64,000 nucleotides of DNA. It comes from Nanobdellota archaeon. Its GTDB lineage: Archaea > Nanobdellota > Nanobdellia > Parvarchaeales > Parvarchaeaceae. Shown piece by piece: positions 56,474 through 64,000 of the stretch (its first letter is position 1; the number at the start of each line of letters is the position of its first letter). The stretch is from contig JAKAAG010000001.1 of the NCBI GenBank assembly GCA_021797085.1, forward strand, positions 6,814 to 70,813, given 5' to 3'. A program made the position numbers and the translations under genes. The notes under the pieces are model-generated. The model saw only the letters and a program-made list of their open reading frames with translations. It was not told the DNA's origin and did not search any database.

Positions 56474-57622
56474 CTAGTTATAATGCTTTATTTTTTCTGG
56501 ATCGAACATGTACTCTCCAACCTTGTCCTTCATTCCTTCCTTTTTAGTCTTCAATGACTCCAAGAAATTGGATATTGTTTCGGCTGCCATTTCCTTCATC
56601 TCGCCGCTTAGTATCTTGCCTGATTTGTATTCTTGGTACACTTTATCTACCTTGCTTTGGTCCTCTTCCAAAAAGCTGTATTCTAGGAATGCAAAGTCGA
56701 TATCTGGGTTTGCCCCGTACTTTCTTTGCTCCTCCAATGTATCCCTGCCGCCAGAAAACGCATACTTCATCAATTTCTTTCTTACTTGCTCTTTGCTGTC
56801 CTCTAAAAATATTGCACTTTCTTCCTTTGAAGACGACATCTTTGCCGAATTGCCCTGAAGGGCTGGAAGAAACTTCGAGATTATTGCGGATGGCTTGTAA
56901 TACCCCAATTTAGGAAGCACATCCCTTGCAACCCTGAAATAAGGGTCCTGGTCTATTGCATATGGTATGAGACACCTCATTTTCTTGCCGGTTAAAGCTG
57001 AAAGAAGAAAGGCAGGGGTTATCTGCATTGAAGGAAAGAAGAGCTTTCCTATATTATCGCTGTCATTGACACCAAAAACAGCCTTTACGGTTGATACTGT
57101 AATGTGCTTTGCGACGTCTGTTGCGTAATAATATAGAGTTTTAGCGCTTTTGTAATCCGCTAATATATGTGTCTTTTTCGGATCAAAACCCAGGCTTATT
57201 ATATCCAATATGTTATCATTTGTAAATTTCTCTATATCGCTCTTTTCCTTGCTGCCCACAAGAAACTTCTCATCATCAGTTAGCTGTATCAGTAAATCGA
57301 CGTTGAAGGTTTTTTGGAGCCAAAGCGTGAACGTAAACGGCAGCAAGTGGCCTATATGCATCTTTCCAGAAGGGCCTCTGCCTGTGTAAAGGTAAAAAGG
57401 CTTGCCGTTTTCATAATCATCTAAAACAAGATTAAGCTCCCTGTGTGCAAAGAAAACCTTTCTGCTAAGTAGCGGGTGCAGCTTTCCTTTTGCAATCTTT
57501 TTTATTCTGTTCAAAATATTATCGCTTATTAAATCAACACCGAATTTCTCAACTAATTTAGAGTAAGCATTATCGTTTAGCTCCCCGCTTACTTCCCAAG
57601 GCGTTACATTAAGCTTTTCCAT
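56474..57622 (-). CDS. trpS: Tryptophanyl-tRNA synthetase
   Basis: VTPWEV, YTGRGPS..MHIGH, AIDQDPYFR, KMSSS, AFSGGR. Confidence 0.96.
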   Translation of the reverse strand: MEKLNVTPWEVSGELNDNAYSKLVEKFGVDLISDNILNRIKKIAKGKLHPLLSRKVFFAHRELNLVLDDYENGKPFYLYTGRGPSGKMHIGHLLPFTFTLWLQKTFNVDLLIQLTDDEKFLVGSKEKSDIEKFTNDNILDIISLGFDPKKTHILADYKSAKTLYYYATDVAKHITVSTVKAVFGVNDSDNIGKLFFPSMQITPAFLLSALTGKKMRCLIPYAIDQDPYFRVARDVLPKLGYYKPSAIISKFLPALQGNSAKMSSSKEESAIFLEDSKEQVRKKLMKYAFSGGRDTLEEQRKYGANPDIDFAFLEYSFLEEDQSKVDKVYQEYKSGKILSGEMKEMAAETISNFLESLKTKKEGMKDKVGEYMFDPEKIKHYN

Positions 57623-57655
57623 TTAATTTAAAAGCCATCTAAATATTAATAATGA

Positions 57656-58372
57656 TTAATCCACTACATCTAAAAGCTGCTTAAGTTCATGTATAATTGC
57701 ATCAGGTTCATGAACTCCCTTGTTAGGCGGCAGATACTTGTCTATAAGAACTGCTTTCATGTCTGCTTCTTTTGCGTTGTCTATATCTGCATCCATCCTA
57801 TCTCCTATTACTAGCGTTTCCTTCGGCTCTACATCCAAGAGCCTAGCAAGCTCAATAAAAGGAATGGGACTGCTTTTTCTCTGTGGTATGTCTTCTCCAG
57901 CTATTAAAACCGCATCAAACAGCTTTGTAAAACTTAGACTGTTTAGCCTTCTCCTCTTCAAACCTGGCCTCACATCTGTGTCTGTCAAAAGCCCTAATTT
58001 TTTGCCCTTTAATTTTAAGGCCTTAAGAACCTCTTCTGTTTCCTTTGGGTATTCTATTTTTTCCAGAATGAAATCATAAAATATCTGCGCTAGCTTTTCC
58101 ACCTGCTTTTCATCTAGGTTAAGAGACAAGTTCTCGTTCAATTTTTTTATAACTGCCTTCCTGTCATACTGCCTTGAAACCAAGGGAACATCGTCGATTA
58201 CTTCCTTCTGCGCCTTTAAAAGCTGCTGCATTAAGTAATTGCTATCCAGTCCAGAGCTTGAAGAAATCAATTCAACAACCTTTGAATATGCACCACTTAT
58301 TGCAGAATGTGTATCCACTAAGGTATTATCAAAATCAAATATCAATGCCTTTGCTTTAATCTTCTCTGACAT
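57656..58372 (-). CDS. HAD-superfamily hydrolase
   Basis: FDFDNTLVD, LLTD, K, IGDRMDADI. Confidence 0.9.
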   Translation of the reverse strand: MSEKIKAKALIFDFDNTLVDTHSAISGAYSKVVELISSSSGLDSNYLMQQLLKAQKEVIDDVPLVSRQYDRKAVIKKLNENLSLNLDEKQVEKLAQIFYDFILEKIEYPKETEEVLKALKLKGKKLGLLTDTDVRPGLKRRRLNSLSFTKLFDAVLIAGEDIPQRKSSPIPFIELARLLDVEPKETLVIGDRMDADIDNAKEADMKAVLIDKYLPPNKGVHEPDAIIHELKQLLDVVD

Positions 58373-58376
58373 TTAA

Positions 58377-58559
58377 TCAGTCTTTTCTTTTACCGTTTAC
58401 GGTTTTATTGTTCCAGGCATAAGCCTTAAGTTTTGAACTTTTTCCGTAGCCGCAATGCGAACAGTAATGCTTCCTTTTCAGGTAAGACTCCTTGCCGCAC
58501 CTTCTGCACGTTACATGTGGCTGTTTTCTATTATGCAAACCCATTGATGCTGTGCTCAT
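58377..58559 (-). CDS. rpl37e: 50S ribosomal protein L37e
   Basis: HVTCRRCG..SY....CSHCGYG. Confidence 0.95.
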   Translation of the reverse strand: MSTASMGLHNRKQPHVTCRRCGKESYLKRKHYCSHCGYGKSSKLKAYAWNNKTVNGKRKD

Positions 58560-58792
58560 ATAGTTGGAGAGATAAGGATTATCGTGTCACCCCTTACAAA
58601 TACGTTTCCTAGCTTTCTAAGAGTATCTGCGTCTTTCTTTTCTTCTGCATTCTCCAAAGTAACGTTTATGTGAACGTCAAACGCTACTAATTTACCGGTT
58701 ATAGCATGACCATTCTTAAGCTCCACCAAAACCATCTTTCCCTTTGCTGAATTCAACAGATCCAAAGGCCTACTCAAAACATTTTCTGACAT
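58556..58792 (-). CDS. Sm-like archaeal protein (SmAP/Lsm)
   Basis: RPLDLL, GKLVAFDVHIN, VRGD; conserved Sm-rpl37e pair. Confidence 0.95.
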   Translation of the reverse strand: MSENVLSRPLDLLNSAKGKMVLVELKNGHAITGKLVAFDVHINVTLENAEEKKDADTLRKLGNVFVRGDTIILISPTI

Positions 58793-58794
58793 AA

Positions 58795-60435
58795 CTAATC
58801 TCCATAACCTCCCATTCCACCAGGCGGCATCTGCGGCTGCTGATTTGCAGACTTGCCTGCTGCTATTATATCGTCTATCCTAAGGATCATAACAGCGACC
58901 TCGCTTGCACTCTTTATCGCCTGTTTCTTTGTCCTTAAAGGCTCGATTACTCCTTCTTTATACATATCAGACACTTGAGGTTTATATACATCTAAAAGGT
59001 TTACACCCGCCCAGGTTTTTCCTTTCTGGTGCTCTGCCCTTAGTTCAACAAGTATATCTATTGGATCCAAACCTGCGTTCTCTGCAAGTGTCTTTGGAAC
59101 GACTTCCAATGCATCCGCAAACGCATTAACTGCAAGCTGTTCCCTGCCCTCAAGGCCAGTTGCAAAGTCCCTAAGATTCTTTGATACTTCAAGCTCGGCT
59201 GCTCCTCCTCCAGCCACTATCGAACCTCCGTCCTCTATGACTGATTTAAGATCACCCAAACTGTCGTCTATTGCCCTTTGTATCTCGTCTACAACGTGTT
59301 CGGTTCCGCCTCTTACAAGTATAGTAACTGCCTTTGGATTCTTGCATTCTTCTATCAACGCAAGCGTTTCTCCCGCAAGCTTTTCAACATGCACTATGCC
59401 CGCCTCTCCAAGGCTGTCCTTTCCTAATTCATCAAGAGTTGCCACGACTTTCGCACCTGTAGCTTTTCCAATCTTTTTCATGTCATTTTCAGAGACCCTG
59501 CGGAATGCAAGTATCCCAGCTTTTGAAAGGAAGTGCTGTGCCGTATCATCTATTCCCTTTTGCACTATAACTACATTTGCTCCAGATGCTTTTATTTTCT
59601 CGACCATCTCCTTGAGCATGTTTTCCTCTTCATCAAGGAATGCCTGTAACTGCTCTGGTTTCTCTATTCTTATCTGTGCGTCTATGTTTGTCTTTTCTAT
59701 CTCAAGTGCTAAGTTTAAAAGAGCAACCTTTGCGTTTTTAATCTCCTCTGGCATGTCTGGATGTACTTTTTCCTTATCTATTATTACGCCTTTTATCAGC
59801 CTTGAATCTAATAAACCACCGCCTACCTTTTTCTCAACCTTTATGTCATCTAAATCCAAAGTATCGTTCTTGCCTGACATTGATTTAACGTGCTGAACTG
59901 CATCTACTATTAATGAAACTATGTGTGTATCCGCTCCAGTGCTTTTACCCACTATTGCAGTTTTGACTATCCTGCTTAGATCTTCCTTATTGGCTATATC
60001 AAGGTGCAATTTTATCTTATCTAGGATTTCCTGCGCCTTGTTTGCTGCAAGCCTGTACCCTCTGGCAACCAAAGTAGGGTGTATGCTTTGATCCAAAAGT
60101 GTTTCCGCATTCTTAAGCAGTTCTCCTGCAATTATGACTGCGGTAGTAGTTCCGTCCCCCACTTCTTCTTCCTGCGTCTTTGCAACCTCTACTATCATCT
60201 TTGCCGCGGGGTTCTCTATCTCCATGCTCTTCAAAACAGTTACGCCGTCGTTTGTTATTGTTATATCTCCTATATTGTCAACAAGCATCTTGTCCATTCC
60301 TCTTGGCCCCAAGGTAGATTTCACTGCATTTGCTACCGCTTTGGCCGCCGCAATATTGTTTCTCTGTGCATCCTTTCCGCTTGTTCTATTATATCCTTCT
60401 GGTAAGATGAAAATCGGTTGAATTCCTTCTGCCAT
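58795..60435 (-). CDS. ths: Thermosome (group II chaperonin) subunit
   Basis: [29 protein letters not shown] tail. Confidence 0.97.
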   Translation of the reverse strand: MAEGIQPIFILPEGYNRTSGKDAQRNNIAAAKAVANAVKSTLGPRGMDKMLVDNIGDITITNDGVTVLKSMEIENPAAKMIVEVAKTQEEEVGDGTTTAVIIAGELLKNAETLLDQSIHPTLVARGYRLAANKAQEILDKIKLHLDIANKEDLSRIVKTAIVGKSTGADTHIVSLIVDAVQHVKSMSGKNDTLDLDDIKVEKKVGGGLLDSRLIKGVIIDKEKVHPDMPEEIKNAKVALLNLALEIEKTNIDAQIRIEKPEQLQAFLDEEENMLKEMVEKIKASGANVVIVQKGIDDTAQHFLSKAGILAFRRVSENDMKKIGKATGAKVVATLDELGKDSLGEAGIVHVEKLAGETLALIEECKNPKAVTILVRGGTEHVVDEIQRAIDDSLGDLKSVIEDGGSIVAGGGAAELEVSKNLRDFATGLEGREQLAVNAFADALEVVPKTLAENAGLDPIDILVELRAEHQKGKTWAGVNLLDVYKPQVSDMYKEGVIEPLRTKKQAIKSASEVAVMILRIDDIIAAGKSANQQPQMPPGGMGGYGD

Positions 60436-60439
60436 ATTG

Positions 60440-60519
60440 TACCTCCTCCTAATAACTTAGATATGTTCAATGCATGCTTGCATTGATATCTCTAATAGAG
60501 CTTAGTGTTATATTTAAAG
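60440..60519 (-). promoter_or_regulatory. Thermosome promoter and 5' leader: TATA box, stem-loop and strong Shine-Dalgarno
   Basis: Minus-strand TTTAAATA near 60518-60511; inverted repeat TCAATGCA-N4-TGCATTGA (60467-60486); AGGAGGAGGT before the ATG. Confidence 0.6.
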
Positions 60520-60627
60520 TTTTCCACTGTTTTAAATGATTTTGCAATACAGATTATACTATCAAAGCAGGTGATTCAAACAGAAGAACCATTAAAACTT
60601 TAAATTGAAAAATTCCTTTAATAAGGA

Positions 60628-61599
60628 ATGGACAGCCAATACAGCGAGATAAGGAAAGATTATAGAACTGGATATTATTCAGTTATAGTTCCAGGCAGAG
60701 ACCACAGGCCAAAGGAATTAGAGATAGAAGATGAAGGCGCAAAAAACCTTAAAGACTGTCCATTTGAACCAGATACAGTAGACAGAGTAAACCTTGAGAT
60801 AATGCATGTAAATGAGCCATGGACAACTATGGTGATAAGAAACAAGTTTCCGGAACTAGATGGCCATACCCCTTTAGAGTATGAAAACGGATTTCTTTCC
60901 TCCATATCAGGATATGGTTACAATGAAGTTTTGATAGAAAGCCCAAATCACTTCGATAAATTTGAGAACATGGACATGAAAAAATCACTTGAATGGTTGA
61001 ATACATTAATAGAAAGGGAAGAAGACTTGTATTCAAGAAACTACATAAAGCATGTAATGGTGTTTAAAAATTATGGGGCCTCGGGGGGTGCAAGCATAGG
61101 CCATCCACATACGCAGATAATAGCATGGCCTGAAATACTCGGCACTCCAGCAATAGAGATAGAAATAGCAAAGAAGTACCTAAAAGAAAACAATTCCTGC
61201 ATTTATGAGGATGGAATAAAGAAAGAAGAGGGAAGAATTTTGTTTGAAAATGAAAAGGTAATAGCGGTTGCACCTTACGGGTCAAGATTTGCAGGTGAGT
61301 CTATGATCTTGCCGAAAAGGCACATCAATTACATAATGGATCTAAGCCAGGAAGAAAAGGAAGAGCTTGTTGAAGGGCTGAAAAAATTAATACAAACAAA
61401 TAAAAAGCTGTTTGGGGAGCAGGCATACAACTTTGTCATACACGAGAACAAGAAAGAAAAGGATTACCACATGCACATAGAGGTTTATCCTAGACTTTCG
61501 AATTTGGCAGGCATAGAACTTGGACAGAATGTTTTTGTCAATACTTTAGTACCTGAAGACTACGCTAAAAAATTCAAAGGGGTTACAGAATCAATTTAA
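60628..61599 (+). CDS. GalT-like sugar-1-phosphate nucleotidylyltransferase (HIT superfamily)
   Basis: SEIRKD, R..RP, CPF, NKFP, GYNEVLIESP.H, FKNYG..GGASIGHPHTQ, HMHIEVYPR. Confidence 0.88.
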   Translation: MDSQYSEIRKDYRTGYYSVIVPGRDHRPKELEIEDEGAKNLKDCPFEPDTVDRVNLEIMHVNEPWTTMVIRNKFPELDGHTPLEYENGFLSSISGYGYNEVLIESPNHFDKFENMDMKKSLEWLNTLIEREEDLYSRNYIKHVMVFKNYGASGGASIGHPHTQIIAWPEILGTPAIEIEIAKKYLKENNSCIYEDGIKKEEGRILFENEKVIAVAPYGSRFAGESMILPKRHINYIMDLSQEEKEELVEGLKKLIQTNKKLFGEQAYNFVIHENKKEKDYHMHIEVYPRLSNLAGIELGQNVFVNTLVPEDYAKKFKGVTESI

Positions 61600-62511
61600 G
61601 CCCTTTTCCTCTAAAAACTTTCTTGCATCTATTGCACACATGCTTCCCCACCCTGCCGCTATAACCGCTTGCTTGTAACGCCTGTCCTGCACGTCACCAG
61701 CTGCAAATACCCCTTCCTTGCTGGTCTTTGTAAACTCCCTTGTCTTTATGTACCCGTTTTCATCCAAGTCAATGTAGCCTTTGAACAGATCTGTATTCGG
61801 ATTGTGCCCTATTGCAAGGAAAAGACCATCTGTCTTTAATTCAGTTTCTTCATTTGTTTTCAGGTTTTTTATCTTAACGCCCTCCACGTGCTCCTTTCCC
61901 AACACGTCTATTACTTCGCTGTCCCAGATTATGTTTATCTTCTTGTTTGAAAATACCCTATCCTGCATTATTTTGCTTGCCCTGAACTCATGCCTTCTGT
62001 GTATCAAAGTCACTGAATTTGTAAGCGTTGAAAGATAACTTGCATCTTCCATTGCGCTGTCTCCCCCACCTACAACTACAACTTTTTTGTTTTTGAAGAA
62101 TGCCCCGTCACAAACTGCACAGCCTGAAACTCCCTTGCCTATCAGTCTTTTTTCGTTTTCTAATCCAAGCCACCTAGCTGACGCACCCGTCGATATTATT
62201 ATAGAATATGTTTCATATTCCTTTTCGCCCACAAAAACTTTGTATGGATAAACATTTAAATCAACCTTGGAAACATTGTCATCTATGATTCTGCAGTTCA
62301 ATGCCTTGACCTGTTCTGCCATCTTATCCATAAGCTCCGGCCCAAAAATTGATTTAAAACCAGGAAAGTTTTCCACTGCCGATGTGAGCATAAGCTGGCC
62401 GCCTACTTCAAAGCCCCTTATCAACAAGGGATTTAGGTCATCTCTTACAGCGTATATTGCAGCAGTATAACCTGCCGGTCCAGAACCAATTATTATCAAC
62501 TTTTCTACCAT
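61591..62511 (-). CDS. trxB: Thioredoxin reductase
   Basis: IIGSGPAG, GGQL, CAVCDG, VGGGDSA, FAAGDV. Confidence 0.96.
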   Translation of the reverse strand: MVEKLIIIGSGPAGYTAAIYAVRDDLNPLLIRGFEVGGQLMLTSAVENFPGFKSIFGPELMDKMAEQVKALNCRIIDDNVSKVDLNVYPYKVFVGEKEYETYSIIISTGASARWLGLENEKRLIGKGVSGCAVCDGAFFKNKKVVVVGGGDSAMEDASYLSTLTNSVTLIHRRHEFRASKIMQDRVFSNKKINIIWDSEVIDVLGKEHVEGVKIKNLKTNEETELKTDGLFLAIGHNPNTDLFKGYIDLDENGYIKTREFTKTSKEGVFAAGDVQDRRYKQAVIAAGWGSMCAIDARKFLEEKGLN

Positions 62512-62588
62512 TCTTTCTATATATCATACGATATAAATAAAGCTTTCTGCTAAGATAGTTTTTTATTCAGCCAACAATTAATAAAGTT

Positions 62589-64000
62589 ATGGATAAATTT
62601 CTAATAGAGGTCTCATTTGAAGCCGGAAATAAGGTGGGCGGGATATGGACGGTTTTGACATCTAAATCATCATACATGAAAAAACAATTCGGGGACAATT
62701 ACTTAGCAATAGGATTTTATAATCCAAACCAAGCGGCGGTTGAATTCATGGAAAGCCCTCCTCCACAGTACATAAAGGACGCTATGGCTAACATAAAGCT
62801 TGATGGTGTAAAGATATACTTTGGGAAATGGTCCTCTGCGAATGATGTAAACCTTATATTGATAGACGCCAAGGAATTTGAAAACAAGCACATAAACGAG
62901 GTAAAAAAGGATTTCTGGGACAACTTCAGGATAGACTCATTGAACTCGCCAGGAGATTACAATGAACCACTTGCATGGTCGTATGCTGCTGGAGCAGTCA
63001 TAGAAGCATTAAGCAAAACAATAAAGCAGTCTATAGTTGTGCAGGTCCATGAATGGCTCTCTGCGGGCGCGATACTTTACTTAAAATATAAAAACGTGAA
63101 GATACCAACGGTATTCACAGTGCATGCAACAGTTCTTGGTAGAGCGATATCCTATTCTGGTGGAAACACGAACGCATATGTGATTGCAAACACGGGGATA
63201 ACGCCGGACATGCCTTATAAGTATGGGGTAGCAGCAAAGCATTTCACTGAAAAGGCGGGGGCTTTCAACGCAACGATATTCACTGCGGTGAGCAGGGTAG
63301 TGGCAAAGGAAGCAAACATAATCCTTGGTAAAAAACCCGATTTTGTGACCATAAACGGAATAGACACTGACAACCTTCCGCTGACGGATGAACTTACTAC
63401 TATGAGAGTAAACGCAAAAAAGAAGCTTGACAATTTCCTGAATGCATATTTCCTCCCTTATTATGACCTTAATCCAAGCAGCATAAGGGTGTTCATAACA
63501 AGTGGCAGGTACGAATTTTATGACAAAGGCTATGATGTTTTCATAGACGCGCTTGGAAAGCTTGATAAGATGCTTACAGACGGAAGCTATGTCATAGCAC
63601 TCATAGCAGTTCCTTCTGGTACAATAGGAGTGAGAAACGATGTAGTTGCAAACTACCTTACTTATATGAGCATAAAATCCGCATTGGATGAAGACGTGAA
63701 GAACTTTGATTCTGTGATAGCCTCTTCAATAGAACTTGAAGAAGGGAATGTTGACAAAGCTTACAGCAAGATAATAAATGACTCGAAAAGACTGATTAAA
63801 CAACTCAGAAGGCCTAAGCCCACAAACCCACCTCTTACTCCTTTCATACTCTCATACCCTGAAAATAATGACGCAATAATAAACAAACTCAGGGAAAACA
63901 ACCTTAATAACTCGGTAGAAAACCACGTGAAAGTTGTATTCTATCCAAAATACCTTGCCGTTGGCGATGAGCTGCTTAACCTTACTTACTATGAAATGCT
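62589..64000 (+). CDS. GT3-family glycogen synthase (runs off the window end; absent from the ORF track)
   Basis: EVSFEAGNKVGGIWTV, HEW, FTVHATVLGR, SGRYEF..KGYDVFIDAL, VKVVFYPKYL. Confidence 0.9.
   Translation, partial: MDKFLIEVSFEAGNKVGGIWTVLTSKSSYMKKQFGDNYLAIGFYNPNQAAVEFMESPPPQYIKDAMANIKLDGVKIYFGKWSSANDVNLILIDAKEFENKHINEVKKDFWDNFRIDSLNSPGDYNEPLAWSYAAGAVIEALSKTIKQSIVVQVHEWLSAGAILYLKYKNVKIPTVFTVHATVLGRAISYSGGNTNAYVIANTGITPDMPYKYGVAAKHFTEKAGAFNATIFTAVSRVVAKEANIILGKKPDFVTINGIDTDNLPLTDELTTMRVNAKKKLDNFLNAYFLPYYDLNPSSIRVFITSGRYEFYDKGYDVFIDALGKLDKMLTDGSYVIALIAVPSGTIGVRNDVVANYLTYMSIKSALDEDVKNFDSVIASSIELEEGNVDKAYSKIINDSKRLIKQLRRPKPTNPPLTPFILSYPENNDAIINKLRENNLNNSVENHVKVVFYPKYLAVGDELLNLTYYEM

Noticed and set aside
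59237-59896. Long antisense ORFs (this one, 943..1533, 40452..41021 and similar)
   Set aside because: They are shadows of well-supported genes on the opposite strand, with atypical S/F/L-rich composition.
60534-60595. Possible box C/D sRNA upstream of the GalT-like gene (ATGATT...CAGA...CAGA)
   Set aside because: The boxes are too degenerate and no target was identifiable by eye.
1-64000. CRISPR arrays, rRNA genes, transposases, integrases
   Set aside because: No regularly spaced repeats, rRNA-like tracts or mobile-element motifs were seen; nearly all sequence is accounted for by CDS and tRNA.

Overview
A very gene-dense, AT-rich archaeal chromosome segment. Gene content (rpl21e-rpoF-DUF655, cbf5, aglB, TFE, PCNA, SepF, Hel308, thermosome, Sm-rpl37e), highly divergent proteins and abutting or overlapping genes point to a small-genome DPANN archaeon, plausibly Parvarchaeota-like (inference only). 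It is mostly translation and information-processing housekeeping, with 8 tRNA genes (3 with 37/38 introns). I found no CRISPR array, rRNA or mobile element. The main signal is an unusual RNA-processing and decoding set-up: (1) cbf5/truB is split at its catalytic Asp codon by a 12-nt bulge-helix-bulge intron containing an in-frame stop; (2) a tRNA-Leu with an AAG (A34) anticodon is a near-duplicate of tRNA-Leu(UAG); (3) an intron-containing tRNA-Ile(UAU) has C55; (4) the 39-nt tRNA-Trp intron looks like a minimal permuted box C/D guide for its own C34. Other candidates are an RHH regulator and a PAPS-reductase-family enzyme sharing a C-terminal KLRxxGYM tail, a tandem pseudo/active metallophosphoesterase next to a DHH protein, a long coiled-coil/wHTH module, and a GT3-type glycogen synthase. 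All calls come from motif reading by eye; no searches were run.
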